A DNA stretch of 32,000 bases from assembly GCF_000619845.1 (NCBI RefSeq), contig NZ_JHUX01000008.1:144566-176565 (forward strand). The letters run 5' to 3'. This stretch comes from Alkanindiges illinoisensis DSM 15370 (lineage in GTDB: Bacteria > Pseudomonadota > Gammaproteobacteria > Pseudomonadales > Moraxellaceae). Positions 26,723 to 32,000 of this stretch are shown piece by piece. The translations under genes were made by a program, and so were the position numbers. Positions within the stretch are counted from its first letter, which is position 1, and each line of letters starts with the position of its first letter. The notes below the pieces were generated by a model that worked only from the letters and a program-made list of their open reading frames with translations, made no database searches and had not been told where the DNA came from.

Positions 26723-27256
26723 TCAATGAAGATGAGCTTTAAACAAATCCTGATACCAGGATTCATGTCGGTATGAATCCAGCTCTGGGGCTTGTCTGAT
26801 GCACCCAATATCTGTATTGGGAAGTTGCATCAGGCGGGTCAACCAGTGTTTTACCAGCGACGGGTGCTTTTCAGTGGCACTCAGGCGCGCCAAAGCCAGC
26901 AAGATTTCCGGACTTGGATGATGCGACAGTGGCTTGATCACCTGCCGGCTAATCACCAGATAGCGTTTTTCCTGAGTCACATGATAAAACTGCAAATAGG
27001 TTTCACCCAGTGCTGCACTCAGTTCCACATGCTGCTCAAGGCTATCCACGTCCATCAGGGCAATTTCCAGCAATGCAGCAGCTTCGGTTAAAAAATACAG
27101 CTGTTCCTGTTTCTGATGACTATATTGCACCAGTGCGATGCGCAAGTTTGCACGGAGTTTAGCCAGTTCCGGGCTTGGATGGGTTAGAAACTGCTGATCG
27201 GTTTCACCAATTTTTCTAACAAGATCAGCACTACTTTGATGAGAAATAGGAGTCAT
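26723..27256 (-). CDS. hypothetical helical protein (177 aa)
   Basis: Clean ORF with an ATG and AGGT upstream. No motif was recognised. Composition suggests an all-alpha, possibly repeat-like, protein. Confidence 0.5.
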   Translation of the reverse strand: MTPISHQSSADLVRKIGETDQQFLTHPSPELAKLRANLRIALVQYSHQKQEQLYFLTEAAALLEIALMDVDSLEQHVELSAALGETYLQFYHVTQEKRYLVISRQVIKPLSHHPSPEILLALARLSATEKHPSLVKHWLTRLMQLPNTDIGCIRQAPELDSYRHESWYQDLFKAHLH

Positions 27257-27383
27257 GGTTTACCTGTTTTAGTGAATAAAAACAACGTTACAGCAACTAT
27301 GCATAAAGTGGGAAATAGCTAAAACCAGAAATAATTAAAGCCAGCGCTATTTAAAAAAATGAGAGATGCAAGATCAAAAATAC

Positions 27384-28046
27384 TTAAAACAACGGTTCAT
27401 CGCGTCGCAACCAGCCAGCAATAGAGCGACGTTCATGGGTCGCTGGGCAAACTTCATGCAGCAAGTTACTTTGAAAAATAACCAGCCGATTGGGCATTGG
27501 CAGAATGTTGTGCCATTGCTGCTGATTATCCTGTAAATGCAATTCGCCGTGCCATTCAGATTGCCACACTGGATTAAGATAAAATACTGTAGAAATTACC
27601 CGCGACTGTTGCTGCGTAAGCTTTGTAGCGTGCGGCCCATTAGTAACGTGAAAATTATTGCTCACGGGATTATCACGATGCAGCTTGTAAAAATCCCCAA
27701 CTGCATAGGCCGCATAATGTGCTTCGACACGACGAATGCCTGAATATAACTGTTGATTGAGGTTGCTACCCAGTTTTTCAAGTAAAGCCAGATAGAGTTT
27801 GCCTGCGCTGTCTTCAGGCTGTAGCCAGCGGGTGGTATCACCGCGAATGGCCTGATTTAAGCCACCTTGTGCAATCTTGGCCTGCTGGAACTCGGCTTGG
27901 AGCTGCATTGATTCCTGCATGAGGGCTTCAAACAGGGCAGCAGGGCAGGCATTATCCACAATACAAAAACCCTGCTCCACCAAGGCGTGAAGATTAGGGT
28001 CACTGAGCCAGTAATCGGCTTGCTCAAGATAATCTATAGTATCCAT
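27384..28046 (-). CDS. 2OG-Fe(II) oxygenase (prolyl-hydroxylase-like)
   Basis: HxD (KLHRDN), distal His (LLHEV), Arg (RRSIAGW) and the upstream IRGDTTRWL motif. ATG 28046 is preferred, because the track start at 28067 is a TTG. Confidence 0.75.
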   Translation of the reverse strand: MDTIDYLEQADYWLSDPNLHALVEQGFCIVDNACPAALFEALMQESMQLQAEFQQAKIAQGGLNQAIRGDTTRWLQPEDSAGKLYLALLEKLGSNLNQQLYSGIRRVEAHYAAYAVGDFYKLHRDNPVSNNFHVTNGPHATKLTQQQSRVISTVFYLNPVWQSEWHGELHLQDNQQQWHNILPMPNRLVIFQSNLLHEVCPATHERRSIAGWLRRDEPLF

Positions 28047-28227
28047 GAAAAATAAAATTAAACTCAAAAGCGTAGTTGATTGTAGCCTTAAATTAAACCG
28101 TGCAGGCAGAAGTGGCTATCTTGCAATGCCACACAATATGCAGCCGAATGCGATTGCATCCATCTCAGTGGTCACTTCATGCTACCATTATGCCAAATCT
28201 GATAAGCAAGGCGTTTAAATTACAATC

Positions 28228-29085
28228 ATGAATTATCGACATCATTTTCATGCTGGCAACTTTGCCGACGTCATGAAGCATGTTTTGCTGATTGAGCTGT
28301 TAAACCGCTTAAATGGCAAGGACAAGCCTTATCGTTATATTGATACCCATGGTGGTGCAGGCCTGTATGACCTGTCGCGTGCACCTGCGCAGAAGTCGGG
28401 TGAATATCTGGAAGGAATCCACCGGCTGGTGCAACTGGATCGTTCAGTGATTCAGCAGGCGCCACAGGCAGTTCAGACTTATCTTAAAGATGTTGAAAAA
28501 TTGCGTAGCCAGCAAAGCAAGGGCTGGTATCCGGGTTCACCGTGGTTGGGCACTCAGCATATCCGTCCACAGGATGCAGGCACAGTCTTTGAAATGCAGC
28601 CCGATGTGTTTTATGACCTGAAAGACAATATCCATGATCCCCGCTTTGGTATTCATCAGCGTGATGCCTATGAAGGCTTGCTGGCTGTGATTCCGCCCAA
28701 GGAAAAGCGCGGTATGGTAATGATTGACCCGCCGTATGAACTGGAACGCAAAGACTTTCCGCAGCTGGTAGACTTGCTGACCAATGCCTATAAAAAATGG
28801 TCTACGGGTGTATTTGTGTTGTGGTATCCCATCAAGGATCGCAGCATGATTGAGCGGTTTGAGAAAAAAATGCTCAAGACCGGCATTAAAAAACAGCTGA
28901 TTTGTGAGTTATGCGTTTGGCCGGATGATACCCCGGTGGGCCTGAATGGCTGCGGGCTGTTAATTATCAATCCACCATGGCAATTTGCCGATCAGGCCGA
29001 AGTCATTTTGCAATGGCTATTCCCGCATTTGCGCATGACAGAAAATGGCGGACATGCTGCGGTACGCTGGCTGGCTGCTGAATAA
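28228..29085 (+). CDS. rlmJ: 23S rRNA (adenine2030-N6)-methyltransferase
   Basis: The N-terminus MNYRHHFHAGNFADVMKH and the IDPPYE catalytic motif are characteristic of RlmJ/YhiR. Confidence 0.9.
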   Translation: MNYRHHFHAGNFADVMKHVLLIELLNRLNGKDKPYRYIDTHGGAGLYDLSRAPAQKSGEYLEGIHRLVQLDRSVIQQAPQAVQTYLKDVEKLRSQQSKGWYPGSPWLGTQHIRPQDAGTVFEMQPDVFYDLKDNIHDPRFGIHQRDAYEGLLAVIPPKEKRGMVMIDPPYELERKDFPQLVDLLTNAYKKWSTGVFVLWYPIKDRSMIERFEKKMLKTGIKKQLICELCVWPDDTPVGLNGCGLLIINPPWQFADQAEVILQWLFPHLRMTENGGHAAVRWLAAE

Positions 29086-29122
29086 AGCAGGCTGCCTTGC
29101 AGTCGTGTAGGGCAGCTTTGTA
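29086..29122 (+). terminator. possible terminator hairpin after rlmJ
   Basis: AGGCTGCC (29089-29096) pairs with GGCAGCTT (29111-29118). The downstream T-tract is interrupted. Confidence 0.4.
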
Positions 29123-29219
29123 CATTTGTTGTCGTTAAAGGCTAATGAAAGCAACATCATACTGCGATAAAATCACATTTTTTAATAACGCATCCATAAA
29201 AAGATCCGGGAGCTAATCC

Positions 29220-30041
29220 ATGTCACAGCCTTCAAATCTGGAACCTCATTCACAAAAACCACTGGATGAAGACCATGATGGATTAACTTTTGAGATTGTT
29301 GAAGAAGAACAAACGCAGGAAGGTCACAAGATCAAAAGCCGTGGGATTTACCTCTGGCCTAACCTCATCACAACAGCAGCGCTGCTGTCTGGTTTTTATT
29401 CTATTATCGCCAGCAGCAACAATGAATTTACCCATGCGATTCTGGCCATTTTTCTGGCTGCATTGCTGGATGGACTGGACGGGCGGGTTGCGCGCTGGAC
29501 GGGTGCCCAAAGTGCATTTGGCGAGCAGTATGATTCCCTTTCTGACATGCTGTCATTTGGCGTAGCACCTGCCATGCTCATGTATAGCTGGGCATTAGAG
29601 CCCTTAGGCCGTATTGGGCTAGCGTGTGCATTTATCTATACTGCCTGTGCAGCTTTTCGTTTGGCACGCTTTAACGTACAGATTGGTACCGTGGATAAAC
29701 GCTATTTTATTGGCTTAGCCAGTCCGCTGGCTGCCATTCTAGTTATTACTGCCGTATGGGTGGGTATTGATAACGCCAGCGTGTTCAATATTTCAGATTT
29801 ATTCTGGCAGGTGGTGTATGCGGCTGTCGTGGTCATTGCTGGTTTGCTCATGGTGAGTAATGTTAAATATTTCAGCTTCAAGCAACTGGATCGCAAGCGT
29901 GTGCCTTTTGCCGTCATGTTACCTGTGGTGCTGGTATTGGCTGCGGTTACCTACAATATCCCGATTGGTATTTTAATCGTGGCGCTGATTTATGCCGTAT
30001 CTGGTATTGTGACCACCATTACCCAGCGCACTGCCCGATAA
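29220..30041 (+). CDS. pssA: CDP-diacylglycerol--serine O-phosphatidyltransferase (CDP-alcohol phosphatidyltransferase type)
   Basis: The motif DGLDGRVARWTGAQSAFGEQYDSLSDMLSFG fits D(x)2DG(x)2AR...G(x)3D(x)3D. The protein is multi-TM and has a GGGAG Shine-Dalgarno. Confidence 0.88.
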   Translation: MSQPSNLEPHSQKPLDEDHDGLTFEIVEEEQTQEGHKIKSRGIYLWPNLITTAALLSGFYSIIASSNNEFTHAILAIFLAALLDGLDGRVARWTGAQSAFGEQYDSLSDMLSFGVAPAMLMYSWALEPLGRIGLACAFIYTACAAFRLARFNVQIGTVDKRYFIGLASPLAAILVITAVWVGIDNASVFNISDLFWQVVYAAVVVIAGLLMVSNVKYFSFKQLDRKRVPFAVMLPVVLVLAAVTYNIPIGILIVALIYAVSGIVTTITQRTAR

Positions 30042-30154
30042 CTTCAGCTTAGCGTGTAATTTTAACCCAGCGCGGTGCAATAACTTTTTTCTAACAAACT
30101 TCTGCTTCTGTTGTGGTTTGGCTCGTACTAGTGTAGAAAAACTGGCCACAACAG

Positions 30155-31174
30155 ATGAGAAGTTTTATGCTAATTCAACAAAAACAAAAATCTGAGCCAG
30201 CATCCAGCGAAATTACCTCTGAAACAGCTTATCTAAATCGCCGTCAATTAATGACACTTGCTGCTGCGGGATCGGTGGCCAGTGTTTATCCATTAGGTGC
30301 TGCCCATGCAGCAGGGACTTATCAACCGGTTAAAGAACGCAATGATGCTCCACTGTATTTGCGTAAAAAAATCACTGCCCGAAAAATTGCTGCCACCAAT
30401 CCCACGCAAAATATTATTACGCCCTACGATGCAGTTACGACCTATAATAATTTTTATGAATTTGGCACAGGAAAATCTGATCCTTCAGCCAATGCTGGGA
30501 CAATCAAGGTTGATCCCTGGCGCATTAAAGTGGACGGCTTATGCAACAAGCCGGGTACATTTAACCTTGAAGACATTCTGTCACCCTATACACTAGAAGA
30601 CCGTATTTACCGGTTTCGCTGTGTGGAAGCGTGGTCGATGGTCGTGCCTTGGCTGGGTTTTCCACTGGCACAGCTCATCAAGCGTTTTGAACCCAAAAGT
30701 AATGCACGTTTTGTTCAGTTCACCACATTGCTAGACCCAAAACAGTTACCCAACCAGACCAGTAATGATCTGGACTGGCCTTATATCGAAGCCTTGAGAC
30801 TGGATGAAGCCCTGCACCCTTTGGCTTTTATGGCCGTTGGCTTATATGGTCGTAGCTTGCCAGACCAGAATGGCGCACCATTTCGCCTGATTGTGCCGTG
30901 GAAGTATGGCTTTAAGTCCATCAAATCCATCGTCCGGATTACGTTTACTGATAAAGCACCCGTCACCACATGGCTTGGACTTGCCCCACAGGAATACGGT
31001 TTTTACGCCAACGTCAATCCCAATGTCGATCATCCACGCTGGAGTCAGGCACGGGAGCGACAACTGCCCAATAGCCTATTCAATCCTAACTGGAAAAAAA
31101 CCTTACCTTTTAACGGTTATGCAGCAGAAGTGGCTTCACTCTACAAAGGAATGGATTTAAAGCGCTTTTATTAA
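30155..31174 (+). CDS. msrP: protein-methionine-sulfoxide reductase, molybdopterin catalytic subunit
   Basis: Tat-type signal ([13 protein letters not shown]...AHA), YedY-type Mo-oxidoreductase blocks ([31 protein letters not shown]) and msrQ downstream. ATG 30167 is an alternative start. Confidence 0.9.
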   Translation: MRSFMLIQQKQKSEPASSEITSETAYLNRRQLMTLAAAGSVASVYPLGAAHAAGTYQPVKERNDAPLYLRKKITARKIAATNPTQNIITPYDAVTTYNNFYEFGTGKSDPSANAGTIKVDPWRIKVDGLCNKPGTFNLEDILSPYTLEDRIYRFRCVEAWSMVVPWLGFPLAQLIKRFEPKSNARFVQFTTLLDPKQLPNQTSNDLDWPYIEALRLDEALHPLAFMAVGLYGRSLPDQNGAPFRLIVPWKYGFKSIKSIVRITFTDKAPVTTWLGLAPQEYGFYANVNPNVDHPRWSQARERQLPNSLFNPNWKKTLPFNGYAAEVASLYKGMDLKRFY

Positions 31175-31205
31175 TAAAGAAATGATGTGGTGAAACGTAA
31201 ATAAA

Positions 31206-31832
31206 ATGATGGACAAAAAAACAGTAAATACTCTTATTCACAAATTAAAGCCGCTCATGTTTGGCGTATTGCTACTGCCATTCTTATGGATGATTTATCA
31301 GGCTGTATTTGCGCCGCAGTTTTTAGGTGCAGATCCATCAAAATCACTGGTTGACCAAACCGGAGAGTGGGCAATACGTAGTATTCTATTTGCGCTGGCA
31401 ATTACTCCACTGCGCATTTTAACCGACTTAACCGGCTGGATTCACTGGCGGAGAATGGCGGGACTGTTTGCCTTTTTTTATGCACTGGCACATTTCCTCG
31501 TATACATTGGCTTTTTCCTGCAACTGGATTTATCACGCATTTATCAGGAAATTATTCATCGTCCCTACATTATCGTTGGCGCTATTGCACTGGTGTTATA
31601 TCTGCCATTAGTCATTACCTCTACCCAGCAATGGCAACGCCGCCTAAAAAGAAACTGGACCAAATTACATAAACTGGTTTATCTGATAGGCATTCTTGCA
31701 GTCATTCATATGACATGGCTTAAAAAGGTTGGATTAATGGATACCTGGCCGTATGCATTGATTCTAATAACCCTTCTACTAATAAGACTAATTCCTAAGC
31801 TAAAGCAGCAAAAAAATAATAAATCACGCTAA
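31206..31832 (+). CDS. msrQ: protein-methionine-sulfoxide reductase, heme-binding membrane subunit
   Basis: A 6-TM ferric-reductase-like protein with conserved His residues (ALAHFLVY, AVIHM), immediately after msrP. Confidence 0.88.
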   Translation: MMDKKTVNTLIHKLKPLMFGVLLLPFLWMIYQAVFAPQFLGADPSKSLVDQTGEWAIRSILFALAITPLRILTDLTGWIHWRRMAGLFAFFYALAHFLVYIGFFLQLDLSRIYQEIIHRPYIIVGAIALVLYLPLVITSTQQWQRRLKRNWTKLHKLVYLIGILAVIHMTWLKKVGLMDTWPYALILITLLLIRLIPKLKQQKNNKSR

Positions 31833-31929
31833 AAGCATTAAATTTCCATAAATCAACAGCTAAGCCTAGAGCAAAAAACCTAGGCCGTTCATAAAACATC
31901 CGCTTGTTATGATGGAGGTAAAATAAGTA

Positions 31930-31957
31930 TTGACGTTGAGATGGGATGGTCTATAAT
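31930..31957 (+). promoter_or_regulatory. strong sigma70 promoter of the stable-RNA (rrn P1-like) type, firing out of the window
   Basis: TTGACG (31930-35), a 16-nt spacer, then TATAAT (31952-57), followed by the GC-rich discriminator GCACCCC. An A/T-rich stretch (GTAAAATAAGTA) lies just upstream. Confidence 0.65.
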
Positions 31958-32000
31958 GCACCCCACAGCGACGCTGAACTTGATAAAAACCTGTTGAAAA

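Overview
This 32-kb window looks like ordinary chromosomal DNA from a gammaproteobacterium. Gene content and protein signatures suggest something Moraxellaceae- or Acinetobacter-like, but that is only a guess from reading the proteins. I call 31 intact protein genes. They include thrS-infC, minCDE (minus strand), a class I fumarate hydratase, a Nudix hydrolase, yihY, a WrbA-type flavoprotein, miaB-phoH/ybeZ-ybeY (minus strand), slt, mdh, rlmJ, pssA and msrPQ. The rest are envelope or lipoprotein genes and a few orphan genes. By eye I found no tRNA or rRNA gene, CRISPR array, transposase, integrase or phage module, and no recognisable defence island or self-contained new system.

Five observations seem worth a second look:
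1. A hairpin next to the thrS ribosome-binding site has a 7-nt loop, UUGGUAU, that copies a tRNA-Thr(GGU) anticodon loop.
2. A 4-TM protein has Kv-type S2, S3 and S4 voltage-sensor motifs but no pore. Its start lies 8 nt downstream of the stop of a YihG-like lysophospholipid acyltransferase gene.
3. A secreted RNase T2/RNase I-like protein has both catalytic histidine positions substituted.
4. A 390-bp structured non-coding spacer lies downstream of minE and may encode an antisense-oriented small RNA.
5. A near-consensus rrn-P1-like promoter fires out of the right edge of the window.

All homology statements come from motif recognition and remembered sequences. No database search was run.
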